Part shown: positions 44,029-53,997 of the stretch, piece by piece | Numbering within the stretch: position 1 is the first letter of the stretch | Layout: the number at the start of each line of letters is the position of its first letter | Assembly (NCBI GenBank): GCA_963422375.2 | Contig: OY729428.2 | Location: 2,336,001 to 2,400,000 of the forward strand | Direction of reading: 5' to 3' | From: Bryobacterales bacterium | GTDB taxonomy: Bacteria; Acidobacteriota; Terriglobia; Bryobacterales; UBA6623 | DNA: 64,000 nt | Translations under genes and position numbers: made by a program | The notes under the pieces: generated by a model | Told to the model about the DNA's origin: nothing | The model's input: the letters and a program-made list of their open reading frames with translations, nothing else | Databases searched by the model: none

Positions 44029-45348
44029 CTATCTCGGGACGGCCTGACCTGCGAGATAAACCGCGTGGATGTCGCGCAGGTTGCGGATGTTGCCGAGCGG
44101 GTTGCTGTTGAGGAGGATCATGTCGGCCGCCTTGCCTTCCGCTAGCGTGCCGTAGTCCCTGTCGATTCCAAGGCCTTCCGACGCGTTCTTCGAGAACGAC
44201 ACGATGACCTGCATGGGCGTCAGGCCGGCTTGGACCATCAGTTCCGCCTCCCAGTGCTCGAAGTACCCGGCGAAGCGCGCCGGCGGCCCGCTGTCGGTGC
44301 CGAAACCGATCCGTACTCCCGCATCGGACAGCCTCTTGAGATTCCTCATCGCCATGCGAAAGTTCGCGCGGTTTATCTGTTGCTCGGGATCCTTGGCCTG
44401 CGAGTCTCGCAATTGGGTGCGTAGCCCGCGCACCACGGCACCATCGACTCTCGACGCGAAGAACGGATCGCTCAGCCACGCGGGCGAGTCCGCGTAAGTG
44501 TAGGTCGACAGCTCGCGCGTCAGGGTCGGCGCATAGGCGATCCCGCGCGCCAGCAGGCGGCGGATCAGCTCCCGGTCCGCCTCGGCATCGCGGACGCTGT
44601 GGACGATAAGGTCCAACCCCGCATCGGCCAGGCGCTTGGCGTCAGCGAGTTCGTAAAGGTGCGCGGCGGCGCGCATTCCGCGCCGATGGGCTTGGTCGAT
44701 GATCGCCGCGTATACGTTCTGGTCAAGCTTCTCGAAGTTGCCGTGGTGGCTATCGACCCACATCTTGACCAAAGTCGCACCAGCGTCGGCCAGCCGGTCC
44801 ACGTGCTGGCGCGCTTCCTCCGGTGTCGCCACCTCCAAAGCCAACCCCTTGACCCCGGGCACTTGCGTCGGATAGCCATTCGCTGACGTGAAGCCCTGCA
44901 AGGCCGTGATCACCCGGGCGAGGCCCGGAAGCTTGCCTTGGCTCACCTCGTCCCGCACCCCGACAACGAGATCCAAGTCCGTTCCCATGCTCGTAGTCGT
45001 AGTTACTCCGTAGGACGCGTAGGTTCGCAGGTTCTCGATCACGTTCTCCCGCGTGTAGAAGTCTTGGGACTGGGCAAGCCCCTTCGTCAGCCCCACGTGG
45101 CCGTGGAGGTTGATGATGCCGGGAATGAGGGTCTTTCCCGTGCCGTCCACGATTTCCGCACCGTCCGAAACCGCTAGCGTGCCGCCCTCGCCGATCAGGG
45201 CGATGCGCCCGCCAACGGCCATTACGGTCGCGTCGAGAACCGGCGGCCCCCCGCTGCCGTCGATCAACGTGACGTTCTTGATGACCAAGGCCCCCTGCCC
45301 CCACAGCAGGAGCGGCAGGAGGAGCAGTGCGGCGAGGCGTAGCTTCAT
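44029..45348 (-). CDS. Secreted amidohydrolase-family protein
   Basis: Signal peptide, DGTGKTLIPGIINLHGH, AAH, IVHS, FGTDSG, GTLAEGKAAD. Confidence 0.9.
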   Translation of the reverse strand: MKLRLAALLLLPLLLWGQGALVIKNVTLIDGSGGPPVLDATVMAVGGRIALIGEGGTLAVSDGAEIVDGTGKTLIPGIINLHGHVGLTKGLAQSQDFYTRENVIENLRTYASYGVTTTTSMGTDLDLVVGVRDEVSQGKLPGLARVITALQGFTSANGYPTQVPGVKGLALEVATPEEARQHVDRLADAGATLVKMWVDSHHGNFEKLDQNVYAAIIDQAHRRGMRAAAHLYELADAKRLADAGLDLIVHSVRDAEADRELIRRLLARGIAYAPTLTRELSTYTYADSPAWLSDPFFASRVDGAVVRGLRTQLRDSQAKDPEQQINRANFRMAMRNLKRLSDAGVRIGFGTDSGPPARFAGYFEHWEAELMVQAGLTPMQVIVSFSKNASEGLGIDRDYGTLAEGKAADMILLNSNPLGNIRNLRDIHAVYLAGQAVPR

Positions 45349-45523
45349 CGGAGCTCGGATTCTAGCACGCGCCCCGCTCCGCCATCGAGAGGCGGCCGCT
45401 CCGTGCCGCGGGCTGTCCGGCACGCCCGGCGCGCGCCAAGGGTGGTAAGCTACTTGCAAGCAAGGTGACCCGTCGGCCTCCGCTCGGGGCCCGGCCCGAG
45501 GCCGCACCGGGCTCCTTGCCGTA

Positions 45524-46345
45524 TTGCGAATGCTGATCGACGCCGTCAAATGCGTGGCCTGCGCGAATTGCGTGCCGGTCTGCCCGATGGGCGCAATTTA
45601 CATCGATCCAAGCATCCAGCGCGCCACGATCAACCAAGACGAGTGCGTCGAATGCGGGACTTGCTTCCGCGGCATGAGCCAAGAGCACTTGAATCCTGCT
45701 CTGATAAGGACCGTGCGCAAGGTAGCCCGCTTGTTCCGCTTCCGATTCGAGCCCGAGCCGGACGTGTGCCCCACCGCGGCGTTCGTCATGAACGATCTGA
45801 CCATGCCCCGCCTGGTGCGCCAAGTGTTCTCGGACCCGGTGGTCGAGCACAAGTCCACCGGGATCAAGGGACGCGGCACCGAGGAAGTCAAGACAAACGA
45901 CGTCAACCCGCGCGTGAACGTCGGAGAGGTCGGCTACACGATCGAGTTCGGACGTCCGGGCGTCGGCGTGCGCTTCCGAGACATCCAAGAAATGACGGTG
46001 GCTCTCGCCAAGCTCGGGATCGCCTTCGAAGACAAGAACCCGATCAGCCATCTAATGACCGACAAGGCTGCCGGGACGCTCCGGCAAGATATCCTCGACG
46101 AGAAAATCCTTTCCGGAATTGTCGAAATCAAGACTCGTCTAGAGCAGGTCGAGGCCGTACTTGCGACGGTCGAGGAAGTGAATCGCGAGATCGACACCGT
46201 GACGGCCGTCGGAATCTCGACTCGCTGCGATTCCAGCGGCGAAGAGAACAAGCTGGCCCAAGTCCTAGAGGAACTCGGATTCGGCGCGGAGCGTGCCAAG
46301 ACCAACATGGGACTGGGCCGCGCAACGAACCCGGAGGCCGCATGA
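45524..46345 (+). CDS. 4Fe-4S dicluster ferredoxin domain fused to an uncharacterised C-terminal domain
   Basis: CVACANCVPVCP and CVECGTC...VCP; then GRGTEEVKTNDV, EFGRPGVG, AKTNMGLGR. Confidence 0.85.
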   Translation: MRMLIDAVKCVACANCVPVCPMGAIYIDPSIQRATINQDECVECGTCFRGMSQEHLNPALIRTVRKVARLFRFRFEPEPDVCPTAAFVMNDLTMPRLVRQVFSDPVVEHKSTGIKGRGTEEVKTNDVNPRVNVGEVGYTIEFGRPGVGVRFRDIQEMTVALAKLGIAFEDKNPISHLMTDKAAGTLRQDILDEKILSGIVEIKTRLEQVEAVLATVEEVNREIDTVTAVGISTRCDSSGEENKLAQVLEELGFGAERAKTNMGLGRATNPEAA

Positions 46346-47016
46346 CCAACACGCTGCACCGTTACGGCGAGTCCGCCTCGTTCCGGGACGACTACATCTT
46401 GTTCTGCATTCCGTCCCCGGGCAAGAACGACTCGGGGGCGGTCGAGAAGCAGCAGGCCTTCCTGCGCATCTGCTCGCGGCACCATCCAGTGAACATGGGC
46501 AACGGCAACCGAGGGTCGTTCAAGCCGGAGCGCCACCTGAATCCTCGAGCCCACTGGAACCGCGACTTCTCGCCTGACTGGGAAGGCGTCATCGAAGGCG
46601 TGCGAAAGCCGGGGACGGCAGCAGCTGTGTTCGATTCGAAGGAGAAGGCGGTCGCCTGCCTGCGCGAGGTAATCGAGGCCGACCTAGGGCTGTCGGTCAA
46701 CCTGAGCACGTCGGTCGCCGGGGCGCGGGACGTGGCGGCCTGCTGCGGGATCCCGCGCCACAGCGTCGAATACTCCCTCGGATTCTCGGACCCGCACGAC
46801 CACCTGCCCAATAGCCAGGTGCTCAAGCTCTCGACAATGTGCGGGCACGGGATGGTCTCGTTCAACATGGCGCGCAAGATGCTCGACATGGTGCGCGAGG
46901 GGCGGCGCACTCCGGGCCAAGCGGTCGCCACTCTGGCACGCTTCTGCCCCTGCGGCGTCTACAATCCGATTCGCGCCAAGCGCCTGCTCGAGGAAGCCCG
47001 CAAGCAGACGGCGTAG
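46342..47016 (+). CDS. Uncharacterised Cys-motif protein translationally coupled to the ferredoxin-domain gene
   Basis: GGAGG SD, ATGA overlap, MTNTLHRYG start, C-terminal STMCGHGMV and CPCGVYN. Confidence 0.8.
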   Translation: MTNTLHRYGESASFRDDYILFCIPSPGKNDSGAVEKQQAFLRICSRHHPVNMGNGNRGSFKPERHLNPRAHWNRDFSPDWEGVIEGVRKPGTAAAVFDSKEKAVACLREVIEADLGLSVNLSTSVAGARDVAACCGIPRHSVEYSLGFSDPHDHLPNSQVLKLSTMCGHGMVSFNMARKMLDMVREGRRTPGQAVATLARFCPCGVYNPIRAKRLLEEARKQTA

Positions 47017-47706
47017 TCGTGCCGTAGCCAACGACCGTGCCGCCTGCCATGGTCGCGTCGTGCGAAGCATCGGAGTACTGCGAATCGCGAAAGCTGTCGG
47101 GCCCGTCGGGTGTGTCCGAACCGGCCGACATCGTGGAGTTGAGCCGCTTGGCGCCGGGCGAACCTCCCGGCAGATTCAGTTGCAGATGTGTCGGGCCTGC
47201 GCGCGGGCCAGCCAAAGTCGACTAGCGAGCCGGGACCGGGGTCAGTTCGATCGCAGCCGCCTGCCGGAGGGGGGTTACCCGGGCGCTGGCCGAGAATTCC
47301 GGGAGCGGGAGCGGTGCCTGCGACCGGCGGGCTCACGAGAGCGGCAGGCGAAAGGACTCCGGCTCGGCAGCTGCAGCCAAGCCTTGTTCCGGGGCTAGCT
47401 CTCCGACGGGTCTTCGAAATCCTGCACGACACCCATTCCGAGCCCGGCTCCGTCCCGGATGGATGCCCGCGCGGACAGCCGGGAGGATTCCGATCAACCT
47501 CTGTAAGGTACTCTGAGGATGGACCTCTTGAGGATGCATGTGCTGGTCATGGTCTCCCGAATCCCGGACTTGCCGATGCATTAGAGGACCAAGGCGAATC
47601 TCGACAGCAGGTTTGAGACGCGTTTCGGTCTCTCCACCAGTGAAATTGACGATCGGGAATTGAGGGCTCGCGAGGTCCGCTGGGTAGCCGAGCCGCGTTC
47701 GGCACC

Positions 47707-48268
47707 GTGACCTCTTTCCAGTCGACAGCCCGGGATATCAGCACGGCCTGTCGCTATTTCCGGCGTAATCCGGGAATCTTCTCCGTCGCAGTGGTGGTTC
47801 TTGCGCTCGGAATCGGAGCGTCCACTGCCGTGTTTAGCGCGGCTGAGACGCTTTTGCTGCGCTCGCCCTTATATCCCGAAAGTGATCGCCTGGTGACGCT
47901 CCGAAGCGCCGATACGATAGGCGACGATCCGGCCACGCGTGTGCCCCCGGGCCTGCTTGCCGATTGGCAGATCAGGGCTACGGCGTTCGATGAAATTGCC
48001 GGATACCGCCGGACGACTGCCGATTTGATTTCTGGTGCGCAAAGCGACCGGTTGAGTGGACTTCTCGCCACGCCGGAATTCTTCGAAGTGTTCGGCGTGC
48101 CGCTTCTCGAACGATCCTTTCAGGACGGGGATCGCGGTGCCAAGCGACCCTTCAAATCGACAGATACAGGGGAGACGTTGATACTCGGCAACGAGGTCTG
48201 GCGTCGTCGATTCGATTGGGACGAGGCGCTCGTTGGGAAATCCGTGGAGATCTATGTCCTTAATTTTT
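47707..48268 (+). pseudogene. ABC transporter permease (ADOP/MacB-type), N-terminal fragment truncated by IS1595
   Basis: D...ACRYFRRNPG.F..AVVVLALGIGASTAVFS...LLR...YPESDRLV, FFEVFGV, WRRRF. Confidence 0.85.
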
Positions 48269-49243
48269 CCTGATTACCAACGAACTTCAGCCGAGGATAT
48301 GCTATACTGGAGGAGGTCGGAAATCTCTGACAGGAAAGGGGCTAGCAGATGAAACGCAATCGCGTGCAATTCCAGAAGGGACTCAGCCTGGGCAAGTTCC
48401 TGCAGCGCTACGGCAGCGAGGGGCCATGCGAGCAGGCCGTCTTCAAGGCCCGCTGGCCGGACGGCTTCCGCTGCCCGGAGTGCGGCTCCCGACGGCACTG
48501 CCGCATCCCCTCCCGCAAGCTCTGGCAGCGCAATACCGCAATGCCTGCCACCGCCGGACCGCCCTCGTCGCCGGCACGATCTTGGCCGCCACCCAGCTGC
48601 CGCTGACCGTCCGGTTGCTGGCGATCCATCTGCTGACGCAGGGCCAGCACGGCGTTTCGTCGCTGGAACTGGCGCGGCAGCTGGGCGTGAGCCGGAACAC
48701 GGCTTGGAAGGTGCAGCACAAGCTCCTGCTAGTGCTGAAGGAGCGCGGGCGCGGCGCGGCGGGCAAGACGCTGTTCGTCGTCGCCGTGCAGGTCACCGCC
48801 GCCGGCCAGCCGGCAAGGATGCGCCTGAGCAGCGTGGCGGGCTTGCGCCAGAAGACGCTGGCAGCGTGGGCCGGGCGGCACTTGCAGCCCGGCACGGAGG
48901 TGCATTCCGACGGCCCGGCCTGCTTCCGGGGCGTGGCCGGCGCCGGCTGCGAGCACGTGCCGACCGTCACCGCAGGCGGGAAGCGGAGCTGCGGGGATTC
49001 CCGCTTCGTCCGGGTCAACGTCCGGGTCAACACGATGCTGGCGCACGTCAAGCAGTCCCTGGCGGGAACCTGCCATGCGCTCGACGGCAAGCACCTGCCG
49101 CGGTACCTCGCCGAGTTCCGCTACCGCTTCAACCGCCGCTACGACCTGGAGGCGCTGGTCCCCCGCCTGCTCCACGCCTCCGTGCGCACCCCGCCCATGC
49201 CTTACCGCCTCCTAACCTTGGCTGAGTCTTGTGGGTAATCAGG
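48269..49243 (+). mobile_element. IS1595-family element, copy 4 (frameshifted, catalytic VDD segment deleted, no TSD)
   Basis: Both IRs present; flanks TAATTTTT and ATGTCTTT differ. The segment encoding DERLP...SGGQR is missing near 48746. Confidence 0.95.
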
Positions 49244-49338
49244 ATGTCTTTAGGCGCATCGTGATACGGGCTGCGCTCGGCTGTCTGCGCGGACAGGATC
49301 CCGGACAACGCCAGCAGCAGTGCGGTCCGGGGCCACAT
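49244..49338 (-). pseudogene. N-terminus of a secreted protein truncated by IS1595 copy 4
   Basis: MWPRTALLLALSGILSAQTAERSPYHDAPKD runs straight into the IS right end. Confidence 0.5.
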
Positions 49339-50435
49339 GACAGGCAGGGTATTGCTTTCGGAGGCTCCCGGTCAAGCCGCGCGGCGGTCGCATGAGGATT
49401 GAGGTGTGTCCGCGCAGTTCGCGGCTCGCACCTGTGCAGGGGGCCAGGCCTTTGAAGGCACGCGGCGAACCCCGAGAATGCTGTGGTCCAGATGTTGCTC
49501 GCAGGGGCGGAACGATTGGAAGGGACCTCGCGTCCTACGCCCGCGCGACGCATCGAATCGGGCCATCCAGAGTCGCTCAAGCCTGCGACCTTCGCTTGAG
49601 CTTGGGCTGCTCGTCGGTTTCCGAGCCCTCTTCGGTCTCGCCGGGAAGAACCGGCTCACTCCGGCCGCTCCGCTTGAGCGTCGGGCGGTTCGGATCCGCT
49701 TCCTTCTGCTTCTGGCGTGCGTTCAACTTCTCCAGCCGAGCCTTGATGTCTTGAAACTCGCTGCTCGTGACCGCGTACTCCCCTTGCTCCGGGAGCAGCT
49801 CGTTGATCGTTCTCTGGACCGCCTTGATACGAGCGGCGGTCAGCGGGTGCGAGCTGAACGCCTTGGCGATGGCGTTCTTTCTCTTCTTGCTCAGCGCCTT
49901 GAGACGCTCGGAGAACTGCACCATGGAAGCAGGGTCGTAGCCGGTCTTGTACAGGTACTGCACGCCGAGGAAGTCGGCATCCTTCTCGAACTGCCTGGAG
50001 AATTTCAGCAGAGTCATCGGCAAGGCGAAGTTGGCTGCCTGCTGCACGCCGTAGCCAGCCCAGCCGCCAATGAAGAGCAGAGGAATGCTGGCATGCGCAT
50101 GAGTGTCGCTCGGGACGCGCTGCGAGTGCCGTGGCGCGCAGCCACATGCGCAATCTCGTGGGCCATGACGCCCGCTAGTTCCGCTTCGTCCTCGGCGAGC
50201 TCGATCAGGCCGGTGTTGACGTAAAAGTGGCCTCCCGGCAGCGCGAGTTGTCCATTCTTGCAACTCGTTGTACAATATATACTTGTAGGTAGACTGCCAC
50301 CCCTGATTCCCTCGTCTATTACCACGTTCCGGACGGGAATCCGGCGGACCATCCGAGCCATTCTCGAACCGCTCCAGACCGCCGCCTGGTCACTGCACGC
50401 AGCCGTTCAGCGTTCCGAAACTGCCGCGAGTTGAC

Positions 50436-50751
50436 TCAACCGTCCGCTTCGCGGGAGGGTGCATTGTCAGCGTGACGTTCGTCAGCCGGATGCTCCACGC
50501 TGTCCGGCACCACCTCGTGCATGACCACCGGCGGCAGGTCTCGCCAGCGTTCGCCATCGAACCGCGCGAACAGCGTCCCGTCGCGGATTCCGACGACCGT
50601 CCCGCGGTACCCTTCACGCGGAGACCCCCACGTTATCCGAACCCGCGAGCCAACGGCGATTCGTCCTGAATCGGCCACCCTGTGAGCGGTGTCGGGCTTG
50701 CTCCATCAGGACTTTACGGGCTGACTCGAAGATGGCCCGGATCTTGCTCAT
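50436..50751 (-). pseudogene. Small hypothetical gene coupled (ATGA) to the MmeI-like gene, probably frameshifted
   Basis: MSKIRAIFESARKVLMEQA starts in the RM stop codon; an overlapping frame gives IAVGSRVRITW...GTVVGI...ARFDG (SH3/KOW-like). Confidence 0.35.
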
Positions 50752-53597
50752 GACCGTTGCGTGCCCCGCTCCGCGCCGTTCAGCGTCAGCAACTCGTGCA
50801 GGATGTCGTCGTCGGTCATATCCGCGGCCCAACCGTACGCGGCAGCCACGGCGGCGTCAAGGGCATCGTGAGCGTCGGCGAGCCACGGCGGCCGGGCGTT
50901 GTAGAGGTTCGTCAGCGTGCGATTCTTGAGCGCCTTCGCCGCGTGCTCGTTTCGCGGAACGGGTCGCTTCGGGTATCCGGGAACCGGCTCGTCGACCCAC
51001 TCAACCCATTCCGGCGGATTCAGCCATCGGTCGCGCAGCTCAACGAGGCGCTGAGCCTCCCGGGCTACAGTCACCGCACGCGGGTCGGCGGCGTAGTCGG
51101 CAGCCGGAACGTCGGGCGTCAGGCCGGCCGGGAAGGGGAACGTCTCGAAGGTGGTGGTCGGCGTGTAGCGCGGCCGGTCTTCCAGGCTCGTCCCGAGCCG
51201 TAGCGACCAGACCTCATGGAACCGGCTGTGGAGGATGCCGAACGTCGTGTCATCGTCACGAGCGATGACGATCAGTTGACAGTCAGGACAGACGCGGGCG
51301 TCGAGCCGGACGAACAGCCGGTGCTTGGCGACGCGCGGCGTCGCGATGTAGCGCGACAGACCGTCGAGCGCCTGCCACATGCCGGGCCGCGGGTTCCAGT
51401 GCCGGAACCAGAATTCGCGGCTCGCCGGTTCTCGGTTCTCCTGGCGGATTGGCCGCACATGCTCGCTGATGTAGCCGAAGGGAGCTTCGTAGAGCGCAGC
51501 TTGCCCCTCGCTCATCGTGTAGCCAAAGTCCACGATCCACTTGCCCGACGGACGCCTCGTCAAGTCCATTCCGTTCGCCCAAGGCCTGAGCACATCGGCG
51601 TTCGGGCGGCCATTCGGGTTGGCCGGTAATCGAAGCCAATCGCGAGCGACGTGCCCCGAGATGTCGAACGGTCCACGCTTGATATCGCCCATGAATGCCA
51701 TGCCGACGTTGCGGGTTAGTGTGCGTGCCGTGGTGAGATCCGATCGCCCGGCGGTCAGGTCTGCATTGATTCGGACAGCTTCGGCACCATTGAGCGCGGT
51801 CGGCAACCTGGACTCGGACTTGGCGAAGCAGATCAACGAAACGCGTACGGCAACACCCTCGACCACCCAAGGCTCGTCGGCCCAGGCGTCGAAGATTGCT
51901 GAGTCCTTCAGGATTCGGTCGAGTACCACCCGGTTCGTGCCACCTCGGATCGAGTTCGTCGCCACGAGACCGGCACTCCGAATGTCGCCGTTCGCGACGA
52001 GGCGTCCAGCCTTCGCGAACCAGTAGCACACAAGATCGGGTCTGCCACGGACGACCCGCCGATACGTTTGCTCCAGCGCATCGACGTACTCGGACCCCAA
52101 CTCTCGACGAGTCTTGCGGTTGCCCAGAAACGGTGGGTTTCCGATCACGACATCCGCCATCGGCCAGTCCGGTTCGGTGCCGTCCGGTGTCAGGATCGCG
52201 TCGCGGCACTCGATGGTGTCGAGCGGCTTCAGGATCGGGTCGCGGGCCTCCGAGAAACCGTTGCGCCGCATCCACTGGATCTCGCCGATCCAGACCGAGA
52301 CGCGGGCCAGCTCAGCCGCGTACGGGTTGATCTCGATGCCCTTGACGTTGGCCGGGCCGACCACCGGGAACGCCCGCTGGAAGCCGAGCGCCTCCGCCTC
52401 GAACTGCACGCGATGCTCCAGGTCCTTGAGCGCCTGCAAGGCGAGATACAGGAAGTTGCCCGAGCCGCAAGCCGGGTCCAGCACCGTGAAGGCTCTCAGA
52501 CGGTTCAGGAACGTCCGGTACCGCCGCTCCGCCTCGTTCCGGCGCTTCGTGCGCGTGGCCGGCGACTTGGCGGCTTCCGCCCGCTCCAGCTCGGCGGCGA
52601 TCTCCGCCTTCTCCGTGGCCCACTCGGCGAGCCACGGGCGAACCACCACCGGCTCGACGATCAGCATGACCTTGCCCCGGTCCGTGTAGTGCGCCCCGAG
52701 TTGCGCACGCTTGCCCGGATCGAGCCCGCGCTCGAACAGCGTCCCGAGGATCGACGGGTCGATCTCCGACCAGTCCAGGCGGGATGCGGCCAGCGCGGTG
52801 TCGATGTTGGCCCTCTCCAGCGTCAGTGCCGTGCCATCGTCGAACAGCCCGCCGTTGAACCAGTCGACCGTCTCGAAGCCGACCCGCCCGCCGGAGGCCA
52901 TGACTCGGAACAGATCGCCGGCAAGGTCGGCGAAATGTGCCGGTGTCCGCCGCGCCTGCTCCAGCATCCGCGTGAACATGTGGCCGGGCAGCAGGCCCAC
53001 GTCGTCGGCAAACATGCAGAACACCAGCCGGTTGACGAAGTGCGCGACCACGTGCGGATCGTGGCCGCGTTCCCGGAGTGACTGCGCGAGCGTCGCGAAA
53101 GACTCCGCCGCTTTCTTGGTGAGCGATTGCCGCGTCTCGCCCGGCCGCAGCCGCTCGGGGTCCGAGAACGCCCACGTGAGCCGGTCGCGTGTCGCGGCGT
53201 CGGCCAAGTCGTCGAGGCCGAACTCGTGGGTCTTGCTGACGCAGTTGGTCCAGTTGGTACGGATGCGGAACCGCTGCATGTCGGAGACGATCAGCAGCGG
53301 CGGGTTCTCCAGCGCCAGCGCGTACAGGCGGAGTTGTCCAAACGCCGCGTCCAGGTCCGCCCGTTTGCCCTTGTACTCCCACGCGAAGTGATGGCGCTTC
53401 CAGACATCGGCCCAGCCGTCTCCGCCGGTGTCCTTGCGGGCACCCCGCTCGAAGCAGTACGTCTCACCCTTCGGGTCGGCTTCGGCTGGCGTCGGCTCGC
53501 CGAGCAGCCGGCACAGGTCGATGAAGTGCTCCTGCGACGCCGAGCGCTCCTTCAACTCGGCGGCGCGCCACTTGTCGATGAACTCGTGCGGCGTCAT
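50748..53597 (-). CDS. MmeI-like (Type IIL/IIG) restriction endonuclease-N6-adenine methyltransferase fusion
   Basis: MTPHEFIDKW...QEHFIDLC, GWAD...WEYK nuclease motif, LFERGL...LGAHYT, VLDPACGSGNFL, GNPPFLG, RYTPTTTFETFPFP, TLTNLYN. 949 codons, uninterrupted. Confidence 0.92.
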   Translation of the reverse strand: MTPHEFIDKWRAAELKERSASQEHFIDLCRLLGEPTPAEADPKGETYCFERGARKDTGGDGWADVWKRHHFAWEYKGKRADLDAAFGQLRLYALALENPPLLIVSDMQRFRIRTNWTNCVSKTHEFGLDDLADAATRDRLTWAFSDPERLRPGETRQSLTKKAAESFATLAQSLRERGHDPHVVAHFVNRLVFCMFADDVGLLPGHMFTRMLEQARRTPAHFADLAGDLFRVMASGGRVGFETVDWFNGGLFDDGTALTLERANIDTALAASRLDWSEIDPSILGTLFERGLDPGKRAQLGAHYTDRGKVMLIVEPVVVRPWLAEWATEKAEIAAELERAEAAKSPATRTKRRNEAERRYRTFLNRLRAFTVLDPACGSGNFLYLALQALKDLEHRVQFEAEALGFQRAFPVVGPANVKGIEINPYAAELARVSVWIGEIQWMRRNGFSEARDPILKPLDTIECRDAILTPDGTEPDWPMADVVIGNPPFLGNRKTRRELGSEYVDALEQTYRRVVRGRPDLVCYWFAKAGRLVANGDIRSAGLVATNSIRGGTNRVVLDRILKDSAIFDAWADEPWVVEGVAVRVSLICFAKSESRLPTALNGAEAVRINADLTAGRSDLTTARTLTRNVGMAFMGDIKRGPFDISGHVARDWLRLPANPNGRPNADVLRPWANGMDLTRRPSGKWIVDFGYTMSEGQAALYEAPFGYISEHVRPIRQENREPASREFWFRHWNPRPGMWQALDGLSRYIATPRVAKHRLFVRLDARVCPDCQLIVIARDDDTTFGILHSRFHEVWSLRLGTSLEDRPRYTPTTTFETFPFPAGLTPDVPAADYAADPRAVTVAREAQRLVELRDRWLNPPEWVEWVDEPVPGYPKRPVPRNEHAAKALKNRTLTNLYNARPPWLADAHDALDAAVAAAYGWAADMTDDDILHELLTLNGAERGTQRS

Positions 53598-53997
53598 GGG
53601 GCATTCAGCGTAGCTCGTGATGCCGCCACCTGCTGCAACGGGGCCGGACGGCACATGCTTGCCGTGGCCACCGCCGGCATCGTCGGGCCAGATAGCGTGA
53701 GCCTGTGCTCGCCTCGCTCCCACCCTGCTGCGCGGGGCTGACGCCCTTGACGCCGGCTCCGCGCACGCTCGTCCGGATTGGCCCTTAGACGACGATGCCT
53801 GCTCAGACGCTCCCGTCCGAAGGGCTGACCGGACGGTTTTCGGCGCCGAAGAGAGGTCGTACCGGATGCCTGTGCGGTACGGTTTGCGCTCGACATCGGC
53901 AGCGAGGCGCTTGCCGAGCTGGATCTCCTTCTCGAGGCTGTACAGGTTGACGCCCTTGCCGACGCCGCGATCACCGATCCTCGATACGTCTTCCTTA

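Noticed and set aside
48254..49251. ATGTCCTT / ATGTCTTT as a TSD of IS1595 copy 4
   Set aside because: The left copy is 7 nt away from the IR and mismatched, and the two flanks belong to different genes
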